From the NCBI RefSeq assembly GCF_009914755.1, contig NC_060929.1: a DNA stretch of 64,000 nt. One strand, given 5' to 3'. The notes beneath the pieces are model-generated. The model did not search any database. It was given only the letters and a program-made list of their open reading frames with translations, and had not been told where the DNA came from. The position numbers and the translations under genes are program-made. The stretch is from the human T2T-CHM13v2.0 reference genome, Homo sapiens. This document shows, one piece after another, positions 1 through 15,379 of this stretch; positions within the stretch are counted from its first letter, which is position 1; every line of letters starts with the position of its first letter.

Positions 1-2640
1 TAGCTTCTAATAAGTCTTGAAGTCAGATAGTGTTTAAACCTCCAAATTCGATATTCTTTTTTAAAAATGGCTTTGGCTATTTTAGTTTTGTGCCTCTCCA
101 TGCAAATTTTAGAATTAACACATGCATTTCTACAAAAAATAGAAGAGTATGGTGTTTATTGGAATTGCACTGAAGTTACAGATCAATTTGTCTTAAAATT
201 TGACATTTTAAGAATATTGAGGGTTTTTGTATTCTTCCTGATTCTCTTTGTACTTGGTTCTCTCAGTTGTTGAGGGAGAAGTCTTAAAGTGTCTCTTACT
301 ATGGATTTATCTTCTCACACTTCTATACAGTTTCACTTTATATATTTTGAAACTCTGTTGTTAAGTCCACAAATTTTTATATCCTTGATGAATTGACCTC
401 TTTATTATTTTGAAAAGACCCTCTTTATTCATGCTAATATTCTTTGCTCCAAAATCTACTTTGTTTGATATTAATATAGCAACTTCTATTTTCTTTTGAT
501 TAATGTTGGCATGGTATATCTTTTTTTCATTTTTTTATCTTTAACCTATCTATGTCTTTATATAAATAGGGTGGTAGGCAGCATATGATTCAGCCTTCTT
601 TCTTTCTTTATCCTAGATGAAAATCTCTACCTTTTAATTGAGCTGTATAGACCATTTACATGTACTGCAATTATTAGTATGCTTGGATTTAATCTACTGT
701 TTTCCCTTTTTATCTGTTTTATTCAATGGATTTTTGCCTTTCTTTGGATCGAACATTTAGTATTTATCTCCCTTTTTGAACTTACTAGCTATAACTATTT
801 TATTATTTTGTTAGTTATGCTTTAGGGTTTATAGTATACATCCTTAATTATCACTGTCCCCTTTAAAATGATATTATACCATTTTACTTATCAAAAAAGA
901 ACTTTCCAGCAGTGTACTTCCATTTCCTCCCTGGCTGACCTTGTTCTATTGTTGTCATATATTTTACTTATATATACATTATAAGCCTCATAATACTGTG
1001 GTATTACTTTTGCTTTAAGAAGTTAATTATCTTCTGAAGAGATTTAAATAATAAGAAAATCAGTATTTTACTCAGATAGTTACCATTTCCAGTTTTCATT
1101 CCTTTTGTGCAGATCCAGAGTTTCATGTGGTATCATTTTCTTTCTTTCTGAAGGGTTTCTTGTAAAATTTCATGTATTAGAGAAATCTTAATGACAGATT
1201 CTTTCAGCTTTCATATGTCTGGAAAAACATTTATTTTTGCCTACTGTTTTGGAAGATGTTAACAATGGTATATAATTCTAGGTTGATAGTTTTTTTCCCC
1301 TTTCAATACATTAAAGAAGTTGTGTCATTGTCTTCTCACTTGTATTTTTTATGATGAGAAATCTGCTGTAATCCTTTTCTCCATTTCACTGTATGTAATT
1401 TGCCTTTTTACTCTGTCTGCTTTCAAAATTTTTTCCTTCTTACTGGATTTAAGCAATTTGATTATTGTGTGCCTTGGTTGTTTTCTTATATTTCTTGTGC
1501 TTGGAGTTGAGCTTCTTGAATCTGTAAATTTTGAGTTTCATTTGTAAAATTTGGAAAACTTTTAGCTTTTATTTCTTCAAATATTTTTTCTGTTCCTCCC
1601 CCTTCACTTTCTTGAAGACTGCAGTTACGCATTTATTAGACCACTTGATGTTGCCCAACAGCTTGCTGATGTCTTTGTTTCTGTATGTACTTTACTTTGG
1701 ATAATTTCTGTTGCTGTTGATAAGTTTACTAATACCTTCCTCCACAATGTCTGATCTCTTATTAATCATATCCAGTCTATTTTTTAAAATCTCAGACATT
1801 GTGTTTTCTTCTCAGGCAGTCTGGTTTGGGCTGTTTTTATATTTTCTATGTCTCTAAATATATTTTCTAACTTTTTGAACATATGAAATACATATTATAT
1901 TGGTTTTAATGTCTTTGTCTAATAATTTAATAATCTGTAAATTTTTCTTCTCTTTGCATGCCTAGTAATTTTTATATTGGATTGCAGACATATTTTTTTG
2001 TATTCCTATAAATATTTTTGAGATTTGTTCTGGGAAACAAATTACTTGGAAACAGTGTGTTTCTTTCAGATCTTGCTTTTAAACTTTATTATGCGAAACT
2101 AGAAAAGCACGTAGTCTAGGACTAATTTTTCTCCTATGCTGAAACAAAATCTTTCTTAGTACTTGATGCACCATGAATTAGAAGGTTTTCTGTATCTGTT
2201 GATATAGAGATTATTTCTGGCCTTGTATGAACCCTAGATACTATTCTGTCTAATCCTTCTGATGGTTTTCTTTCCCTCTGTAACATTGGATGCATGATAT
2301 CTCACATGCATGTGTTGATTGATCCCCTTCACATCTCTAGACTTCTCATTGGAGTTCTCTCCTCTCCAGGACTTTTGCAAACTCTAGCTACTTTGACCTC
2401 TGGATTTCGCTTTCCATCTCCTCAACTTAAAAAGAGTCTGCTGGATTCCACTAAGGTTCTGCTTTTCTGGGGCAATCCCAGGGCTCACCCTTGTGTCCTG
2501 TTTCTTAGGGATCACTGCTTTTTTTTTTTTTTTTTGCTTGACTCCAATGTCTTGAAGGTTGTTGTTTCATATATTTAAAGTGTCTAGGTTTTTTTAGTTG
2601 TTTTAGGCAAGAGGGTCAATACTCCCTGTTACTCTATATT
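1..2640 (-). mobile_element. Ancient L1M (L1MC/L1ME-type) fragments, ORF2/ORF1/5' region
   Basis: T-rich degenerate antisense L1 motifs such as 'gagaaatctgctgta', 'ttcttcaaatattttttctg', 'aaaatctactttgtttgatattaatatagc'; no long ORF. Confidence 0.7.
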
Positions 2641-2689
2641 GGCACAAGTTTTAAATTTTTTTGGAAAATTTTTCAAAATTTCTATAAGT

Positions 2690-2775
2690 GACAAAGCTAT
2701 TCTTAGCTTACATACCATAAAGACATAAGTGAGAGGCTGAGTTTTGCCTGTAATCTGTAGTTTGCTGACTTCTCT
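2690..2775 (+). mobile_element. MER58-family hAT-Charlie end fragment
   Basis: 'ttcttagctt...tgtagtttgctgacttct' resembles the MER58B terminal sequence. Confidence 0.5.
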
Positions 2776-2864
2776 TTAGACCATTTTTCTTTAATATGAT
2801 TATCAATATGGCTACCACCTTGCCATTTGTTTTCTATTTATCCCATCTGGTTTTTGTTCTTTTT

Positions 2865-3000
2865 TCCTTTATATATATTTTTGTTGTTGTTATACTTTAA
2901 GTTCTAGGGTACATGTGCACAATGTGCAGGTTTTTTACATATGTATACGTGTGCCATGTTGGTGTGCTGCACCCATTAACTCGTCATTTACATTAGGTAT
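2865..3000 (-). mobile_element. Severely 5'-truncated L1PA (PA4-PA7 class) 3' end
   Basis: 'tatactttaagttctagggtacatgtgcacaatgtgcagg...catttacattaggtat'; candidate TSD tttttgttcttttt at 2851-2864 and 3004-3017. Confidence 0.85.
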
Positions 3001-3312
3001 TGTTTTTTGTTCTTTTTGAGTATTTTTTACTATTCCATTTTATCTTCACTATTGACTTATTAGTTGTACCTCTGTTTTATTTGTTATTTGTTTCCCTGTG
3101 ATTTATAATATGCATTTTTTTATGTCTTCTTTAAAAAAAAAAGCGGGATACACGTGCAGAACGTGCAGTTTTGTTACATAGGTATACATGTGCCATGGTG
3201 GTTTGCTGCACCTATTGACCCGTCCTCTTAAGTTCCCTCCCCTTGCCCCCCCACCCCCCAACAGGCCCTGGCATGTGTTGTTCCCCTCTATGTGTCCATG
3301 TTTTCTCATTGT

Positions 3313-7155
<3,843 letters not shown>

Positions 7156-7214
7156 AATAATCCTAGCTGGTTATTTTGCACATTAGTTGATGCAGTTTCT
7201 TCATAGTGTCATTG

Positions 7215-8236
7215 GTCTTTATATGTTGGTGTGTTTTTGCAGTGGCTGGTACCAGTTTTTCCTTTCCATATTTAGTGCTTCCTTCAAGAGCTCTTGTAAG
7301 GCAGGCCTGGTGGTGACAAAATCCCTCAGTATTTGCTTGTCTGAAATGGATTTTATTTCTCCTTCACTTATGAAGCTTAGTTTGGCTGGATATGAAATTC
7401 TGGGTTGAAAATTCTTTTCTTGAAGAATGTTGAATATTGGCCCCCACTCTTCTGGCTTATAGGGTTTCTGCAGAGAGATTCGCTGTTGGTTTGGTGGGCT
7501 TCCCTTTGTAAGTAACGTGACCTTTCTCTCTGGCTGCCCTTAACATTTTTTTCTGCATTTCAACCTTGGAGGATGTGACAATTATGTGTCTTGGGGCTGC
7601 TCTTCTCAAGGAGTGTGTTAGTGGTGTTCTCTGTATTTCCTGAATTTGAATATTGGCCTTTCTTGCTAGATTGGGGGAGTTCTCCTGGATAATATCCTGA
7701 AGTGTGTTTTCCAACTTGGTTCCATTCTCTCTGTCACTTTCAGGTACACCAATCAAACGTAGGTTTGGTCTTTTCTCATAGTCCCATATTTCTTGGAGGC
7801 TTTGTTCATTCCTTTTCATTCTTTTTTCTCTACTCTTGTCTTTGTGACTTATTTCAGTAAGTTGATCTTCAATCTCTGATATCTTTTCTTCCACCTGATC
7901 CATTCAGCTATTGATTGTATATGCTTCACGAAGTTCTCCTGCTGTGTTATTCAGCTCCATCAGGTCATTTATGTTCCTGTCTAAACTGGTTATTCTAGTT
8001 AGCAGCTCCTCTAACCTTTTATCATGTTTCTTAACTTCTTTGCATTGAGTTGGAACATGCTCTTTTAGCTCAGCATAGTTTTCTGTTACCCATCTTTTGA
8101 AGGCTACTTCTGTCAATTCATCCATGTCATCCTTCATCCAGTTCTGCACCCTTGCTGGTGAGATGTTGCGATAATTTGGAGAAGAGTCACTCTGGCCTTT
8201 TAGATTTTCAGTGTTTTTTCATTGATTCTGTCTCAT
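7215..8236 (-). pseudogene. L1 ORF1 remnant, disrupted
   Basis: ORFs 7904-8149 and 7457-7903 (SLQEIWDY..RPNLRLIGVPE) separated by a stop. Confidence 0.88.
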
Positions 8237-9589
8237 CTTCGTGAGTTTGTCTACTTTTGATCTTTGAGGCTGCTAACCCTTGAATGGGGTTTTTCTGTGG
8301 ACTTTTTTGTTGTTGTTGTTGATGCTCCTGTTGTTGCATTGTTTGTTTGTTTGTTTCAATATTCAGGTCCCTCCTCTGTAGGGTTTGCTGGGGCTTCTGT
8401 AAGGTTTGCTGGGTTTGCTGGGGGTTCACTTCAGGCCCTCTTCATCCGGTTCACTCCCATACCTGGAGATGTCACTCAACAAGGCTGGAGAACAGGAAAG
8501 ATGGGTCCCTGCTCCTTCTCAGATCTTTGACTTTGAGGGGCGCCAACCTGATGCCCGTAGGATTGTTCCTGTATTGGGTATCTGCCAACCCCTGTTGGAG
8601 GGACTCACCCAGTTGGGTGGCACAGGGATGTGGACCCATTTAATGAAGCACTTTGTCCCTTGGTGGTGGGGTGTGCTTCACTGGGGGAAACCCGCTCATC
8701 TGGGCTGCCTGGATTCCTCAGAACTACGAGGAGGAAAGGCTAAGTCTGCTGGTCCGCAAAGACTGTGGCCATCCTTCCCGCTAGGGGCTCAGGCCCAGGG
8801 AGATCTAGGTTCTGTCCCTGACCCTCTGGCTGGAGTTACAGAGTTCCTGCAGGGGAACCCCACCCAGTGAGGAAGGATGGGTCAGAGTCAAGCCTGAAAA
8901 GGCACTCTGACCACAGTCTGCCACAGCCGGTGTGTTGGGCTGTGGGAGACATGTCTTCGTACCAAGCCTTCCAGCCTCCCTGGTCCCAGGAGGGGAAAAG
9001 TGCAGCCTGGAGCTATACAGAGGGATGCTGCCTTCTCCTGCCCAGGGAACTTAGCGTGTTAGGCAGTTGTGAGTCCCAGTGTTGTTTCATACGCCTCCCA
9101 CAAGGAGCTCAAATGGCTTAGACAGCAGGCAACCGCAGCTATGGTGCTGGTTGCCCCTCCCCCTGGGAGCTTGGTAGGCTTAAGCAGATTCCAGCTGAGA
9201 GGCGGTTGACAATCTGTAGGGCTCTGGGGTTGGGATGCTAGCCCCAGTGGTGTGGTTTTGTGAGTGAGATCATCCAATCCATGGGTTGCACAGTTCTGTG
9301 GAAAAAGCACAGTTTCCCTTGCTGGGTAGCATGCTCATTCACTGCCTCCCTTCACTGGTGGGAGGGGGCTCCCCTGCCCCATGTGGCTCAGATGGGCCAC
9401 TACACCACATTGTTCTTCCTTCCTCTCTGGATCACACTAGTCTCCTAGTCAGTTCTGATGAGAGAACCTGGATACCTTGGTTGCCAGTGAAGGATTCACA
9501 TGCCTATTATAGTTCTTTTTAATGGGACCCTCTGAACGCCGCTGTTCTGTTTCTAGTCGGCCATCTTGGCCCTGCCCCCAATATGCATC

Positions 9590-10345
9590 TTTATCTACTT
9601 CCTCAATGGTATTACAGTACTTCACTTCTAATGTAAGACTTTTATAACTTTTATATTTCTGTCCTTTGTACTATTGTTCTTATAGATTTTACATCTACAT
9701 CAAACCTGTCAAAACATTATTATTTTTTAATTGCCTATTAAGAAATTGAACAGTGAGAGGAAAATTTTTGTCACATGTGTGCTATTTACACTTCTTTTCT
9801 TTGTATAGATCTAAATTTTGATGTGATATCCTTTTTATTTTCTATTTGAAAAACTCTTTAACATATAGTACAGATTTGATGAAAATGGATTCTCTCATCT
9901 ACTTTTTTTCTAGGTGAAAAATTTATTTTCTCCTTAATTTTGAAAGACATTTTCACTGGGTATAAAATTCCAGTTTGGCATTTTGTTTTTCTTTCAGCTA
10001 TTTAAAAGTGTATTCCACTGTCATCTGGCTTTCATAGTTTCTGACAAGAAGTCTGTGACAATTCCAGAACTCTACCCTGAAAGAACAAGTTACCTTAGAC
10101 TCTGAACTCTTATCTCTGTCTTCTCAACTCAGTGAAATTTCTGTACTTTACTTAGGATCCTGCCTTTTTCTCTGTAGTTTGGAATGCTCACCTTATTTTC
10201 TGTCTCATACATTCTAGTCCTTCACTGGCTGTTTGCTCTTGGATCAAAAGTGTTACTTCATATATTTAATCCAGTTTTTTGTTGTTGCAAAAATCAAGAG
10301 AGTAAATCTGGACCCTGTTACTGTATCATAGCTAGAATAACATGT
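9590..10345 (-). mobile_element. Ancient L1M fragment, continuing the element interrupted by the L1PA8
   Basis: 'ttttgaaagacattttcactgggtataaaattccagtttggca', 'tctgacaagaagtctg'. Confidence 0.65.
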
Positions 10346-10371
10346 TCTTTATTTCAGAAAGTTAAAAAATA

Positions 10372-10650
10372 AATATTCATTGAATCCACTAGGAACGACA
10401 TTCCTTCTTTAGATGCTAGAATTATAAAAACATTAACTGTATAGGCTTGGTCTCTAGTGTCATGAAATTTGCATTCCATTGGAATCAGAAACATTTAATA
10501 ACTGCAAATCAAAAAGGTAATTTAAGATAATAGAGAATCTGTGAAGACAGTACTGCAGGGTGGTATGATAGAGTAATGGGGGAAAGAGTATACTTTAAAT
10601 AGGAAAAACATGAAATTGCTGAGGTGGTAATATTTGACTTTAGCCTTGTA
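10372..10650 (-). mobile_element. L2 3' fragment
   Basis: Degenerate L2a antisense pattern 'aaatattcattgaatccacta...gtcatgaaatttgcattcca...gaggtggtaatatttga'. Confidence 0.55.
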
Positions 10651-10658
10651 ATAAAAAA

Positions 10659-10851
10659 CAGGAATTGACAGACTGTGGTCTGAGGGCCAGTGTCTGTTTT
10701 GTAAATAAGGTTTTATGGGAATACAGCCACAGTCATTCTTTTACATATTGTCTATAGCTGCTTTGTAACAATAATGGGAAAGTTGAGTAGTTGGACCATA
10801 AGCCTAAAATATTTACTATCTGGTCTTTTCAGAAAAAAATTGCCAATCCTT
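10659..10851 (+). mobile_element. MER58A hAT-Charlie MITE
   Basis: 'tgttttgtaaataaggttttatgggaatacagccac...aagcctaaaatatttactatctggtc'. Confidence 0.85.
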
Positions 10852-10929
10852 AACATAAAAGAAGCACACCACTTGCTGATTGAGCTGAGATCACCACTGA
10901 CTACATTACTTATAAACCTGGTATATACT

Positions 10930-12415
10930 TTCTATCCTTATTCAACATAATCAACCACTTACTCCTTCTAGAAATCGTTTCTTCTTTTTCTTAGCTTGTC
11001 TGATACCATGTTCTTTTGTTTTATTTTCTAATCTCTGTAGCAACTTCTTCCTCAGCTTCTTTAGTCTAATAATTTTCCTGAATCTGATCTTTAGTGTTAC
11101 AGTATATTAGGGCTAGGTTTCATGTCTGTCTTCTCCCTTTTTTTTTTCTTAAATAGCATCATGCACTCCTGTGTCTTCAATTACTGTCTATTTCCTCATG
11201 ACTTCCAAATACATATCTCTAGCTAGGCCTGTCTTCTGAATTTTAAACCTATGTCTCCAACTATCTACATGACATTCATCAATCTAAATTCAATAGGTTA
11301 TAAACAGAATTCATGATATCCTCTGAAAAAGCTGCTTTACCTTTATATTTCTCTCTTTCAGTAAATGGCATCTATTGCTTATGTCAGTACTCTGGAATTC
11401 ATCAGTGTAACCAATCAGTCATTAAGACCTTTCAAAATTCCCCCTTCTATGTATTTGATTGTTTATAGTTCTTTCTGTGCTTCTATATTCCTAGTCCAAG
11501 CTGCCTTTCCATGACCTCTGTGGTAACTTCCTGTTTGTCTCCACATATCCATTCTCAAAGTGGTTCATTGGACACCATAGCCAGAGTTACTGTAAATGAA
11601 AATCAGTGGCTTCCCAGTGTTTTTAGGATAAAGATCAAAGTCTTTTCCATGGTTTATAGAGTCCACTGAAGAAACTGTCCTCCCTAGCTTTATGCTATAC
11701 CATTTTCCTTTTTCTAGGTAATCTGGCATTCTTTTACTTCCTCAATTCTCCAAATGTTTTATTAGGGTCTTTGCATGTATTGTTTCTTTCTTGCATGGAA
11801 TGGCTGTTTTCTTTCTTCTTTGCTTACTTAATTCCTGTTTTCTCTAGGCAGCCTTCCCTCACCCTCACTCCCTCCTCTTAGGTTCTCATATTATTTTGTC
11901 CTTAGTCCTTTTTTTTTTCTTTTTTTCTTTTTTTTTTTGAGACAGAATATCACTGTTACCCAGGCTGGAGTGCAGTGATGTGATCGTAGCTCACTGCAGC
12001 CCTGAATTCCTGAGTTTAAGCAATTCTCTGTGCCAAAGCCTCCCAAGTAGCTGGGACTACAGGTACATGCCCAAGTAATTGTTGTTGTTGTTGTTTTCAG
12101 TACATTTTTTTGTAAAGACAAGATCTTGCTATGTTGTCCAGCCATGTCTTGAACTCCTAGCCTCAAGTGATCCTCCTGCCTCGGTCTCCCAATGTTCTGG
12201 GATTGCAGACATGAGCCACTGTGCCCAGCCTATCCTTAGTCTTAAGTGCACTTATTACATCTGTGATTAATCACAACTATAATTAATGTAATTATTTGTC
12301 TTCCTCACAAAACTGTAAACTCCATAACAGAAGGCTTTGTGTCTGTGTTGTTCGCCATTGCATCGACAGCACCAAGCACATTTTCTGATACTAAATATTT
12401 GTGAAATGAAATAAT
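10930..12415 (+). mobile_element. L2a 3' portion, interrupted by an Alu
   Basis: 'tgacttccaaatacatatctctagc', 'cagtggcttcccagtgtttttaggataaagatcaaa', end 'actgtaaactccat...aaatatttgtgaaatgaa'. Confidence 0.8.
11909..12230 (-). mobile_element. AluJ
   Basis: Full dimer with poly-T and AluJ-type 'gctcactgcagccctgaattcc'; TSD tccttagtc 11899-11907/12233-12241. Confidence 0.93.
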
Positions 12416-12514
12416 AAAGGAGTATATTATGTCTTTTAATTATCACAAAACCCCTGTAATTTATTATTTCTCTTTGGGAGGCTTTTAAATTGCTTGGGAG
12501 AAATTTGGTAAAGA

Positions 12515-12757
12515 ATAATTGTAATAGCTGCCATTTATTGAGAAACTCCCATGTGCTTGCTGTTCACTAGGCTACATACACAATCTTATTTTAACCCTTA
12601 CAACACCCTTACAATGTAGTTAATTTTATTCCCATTTTTATGTGGGGAAACAGGCTCAGAGAAGGTATTTCACTTGCTCAGTGTACACAGTTAGTGACAG
12701 AGCCGTGATTCAAACCTAATTGATCTTTCTCTATATGCTCTTATACTCTACCACTGT
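12515..12757 (-). mobile_element. MIR SINE
   Basis: 'aatagctgccatttattgag...cccatttttatgtggggaaacaggctcagaga...gattcaaacc' core. Confidence 0.85.
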
Positions 12758-13172
12758 ATGTTGCGCCTTCTAACCAGATAGTTACTGCGAAAACTCCTGC
12801 AATTTCTAATTTTATCACAAGGCTCCCACTATATTTTCCCCCTTTTCATTCCTTTAACAGAAGAGTTTAAAGTTAGTATCTAGACATACCAGCTTATATA
12901 TTCATTAATTAATAATTTATATTCACACAATGATTGTAGAAATGTGAGTGTTTCTTAGATTACCAAACATCTGTGAAATCGTGAAGGAGTATTGAAATTT
13001 AGTAATTTGGTTTGGATCTTTGAAGATATTCTGTAGAATTGTTTTCCAAAAGTTACAACTGGTTTACAATTTTTTTCTTAATTGCCATTAACAAGTTTTG
13101 ACCCTGAGATGAGAAATTATTCACAAATTTCAATTAAATACTGGAATGCTTCATATTTTCTGTACTTTAGGA

Positions 13173-13483
13173 CAGGGATCCCCAACCCCCAGGCCACAGG
13201 TTGGTACTGGTTTGTGACCTGTTAGGACCTGGACTACATGGCAGGAGGTGAGCGGTGCGTGAGAAACATTACTGCCTGAGCTCCACCTCCTGTCAGCGAC
13301 AGCATTAGATTCTCATAGGAGGACGGACCTTATTGGGAACACACACAAGAGATCTAGGTTGCGGACTCCTCATGAGACTCTAATGCCTATGATCTGAGGT
13401 GGGACAGTTTTATCCTGAAGCTCCCCCACTATCCGTCCAGGGAAAAATTTGGTCCCTTGTGCCAAAAACACTGGGGACCTCTG
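13173..13483 (+). mobile_element. MER1B hAT-Charlie element
   Basis: TIRs cagggatcccc/ggggacctctg; 8-bp TSD ctttagga 13165-13172 / ctttagaa 13484-13491. Confidence 0.9.
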
Positions 13484-15214
13484 CTTTAGAACATGCAGTA
13501 AAACTTGAATGGATTGTTTAACAGATTGTTTCTTTAATGAATTTATCACATAAAATCAGGCATTGCTTTGAAAAAGTGCAGTTTATTTCACTCTGTTATT
13601 ACTGCGTGGTTCCAGATTGTTAAAGATTCAGCTACTTTAAAGCAGTGTCTTAAAGAATTAATTTTTGTCCTTTCAGCATTGGCAGATTCATTTTTGTCAT
13701 GGAACATCTTATCTCCTTATGATGCTTTTGAAGTATTAATATAGGTGGAATTACCTATGATAGTTTGGTGGAACTAAACTCTTTGTCACTTTTTCTATTT
13801 GTGAGATTTGCATATAGTATTGTAGCTTTTTTCTGAAATTTTTTGTTTTGCAACGTGCCTTCATAAGAAACTCATCGATTTGTATATTTAAAAAGAGGCT
13901 GTAAAGCATTTGAACTAGCCCCAGTAGGATCATATTATAATTAATAATAATAATAATATTAATGTCACCAGGGCTTGCATAACAATTCATAATAATTGTC
14001 TTTACACTTAAGTTTAACTACTAAACTTTGTAGCCTAATATAGTGATTTTTATCACAATGATAAACTTTTTTATTTACCTCTTGAACTGTATGTAAGAAC
14101 AGAGACCAGTAGACCTAGTTTTTCCTGGTTATTTTGTAGAACGGGAATTGGGAACTGGAATTGAGGAAGTGATTTCAATTTCATGTAAATTTTTCTGCTA
14201 TTAATTAGTTGGCCTATTAAATTTTTAGAGTAGCTATTGAACTTTTGCAACCAGTTTTATTTTGAGTACTTTATTAAAGTATCATCTGTTAGCTTTTCAT
14301 ATCATCTCACCATATTATCTTACTGAGGTAAAATGGAATTTTTTGCTTACTGATTTTTTACATAAGAATTAAGTGATACCCATACATACCAATAACATTG
14401 AAATTCCAGGCTTTCCCATGAAGGAAAACAGTTAAATTAATGCTAGATTTATAAGGCACTACAAAAAAAAGCACTAAATAAATTTTTAATTTAAAAATAA
14501 AAAATTAATAGTGTTGATGGGGGGTGGAATAGACATTGTAGAATCCTAATACTATTTAATGTTGTTCATATGTGTAAGAAAGACACATTATATTTTAAAA
14601 TATAGATTCTAATATTGAAAGAAAAAAATCATCAGTTTTGGAGATGAAACGCATTTTTAGGAATCTTATATGGAAACTTCAATAAGGACATTTTTATACC
14701 AGTGGAAAACCTGATTGGAACACCTTAGAGACATATTAGGCACTGTTGTTTGGAATGCCAGATAAGTTAACCTCTGTAAGATATATATTCTTATAAATCA
14801 CTGCTAGCATAGCTGTAATATGTGAAGATAATTTATTAATTTGGACTGATGCTGAATGTAGACATCTTCCATATCTAACCTTAAGCATTTAAAAAAATAT
14901 TTTAGGACTAATTATTTTGTCCAAAAAAGCAATCTTTTGATTATTGATCTTCACAGAATTGATTTGTAAGATGTCATGATCAATTGTGGTTAGCATCTTT
15001 ATTATTATATCCATTCCAAGATAATTTTAGGCTTTTGATACCTTGATACCTTTGTCTCTTCCAACTTTTGCAGAGACTTTCCTTGCTTGCATACAGAGAA
15101 GAGCTAGTAGCTAATGAAGAATGTGCAAACCTGCCTTTTTTCCCTCTCCTAAGAAAGGAGAATTCATCCACTGCCACTGTACCTTTTTTTTCTTTTCTTT
15201 TTTGTCTTGCACAG

Positions 15215-15379
15215 AAGACAGACATCTTCCTGTGAAGGGCTTGTGGCAAACCTATCCAACTCGGGTTTCTTCTTCCTTGAGAACGATCTGATTCATCATC
15301 ATCTGAACCAGGGATCACAGTCTAAGGTCCAGGTGAGGGCAAGTCAGTCTATATGTTAAGCCAGTTCTTTTCTGGTCAG
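15215..15379 (+). other. Candidate cassette exon (donors after 15332 and 15379)
   Basis: ~28-nt polypyrimidine tract + CAG acceptor (15182-15214); donors CAG|GTGAGG and consensus CAG|GTAAGT; unique sequence. Confidence 0.5.

Noticed and set aside
8208-9522. Cluster of 60-154 aa ORFs
   Set aside because: They lie in the GC-richer L1PA8 5'UTR where stops are rarer; no ORF0-like or other recognisable protein
12835-12950. Possible exon (tttaacag acceptor at 12860, gtgagt donor near 12944)
   Set aside because: AT-rich body and weak exonic donor context; indistinguishable from a pseudo-exon
14980-15318. 112-aa minus-strand ORF as a gene
   Set aside because: No ATG start, the Lys/Arg run is just the antisense polypyrimidine tract, and there is no recognisable domain; splice signals favour the + strand
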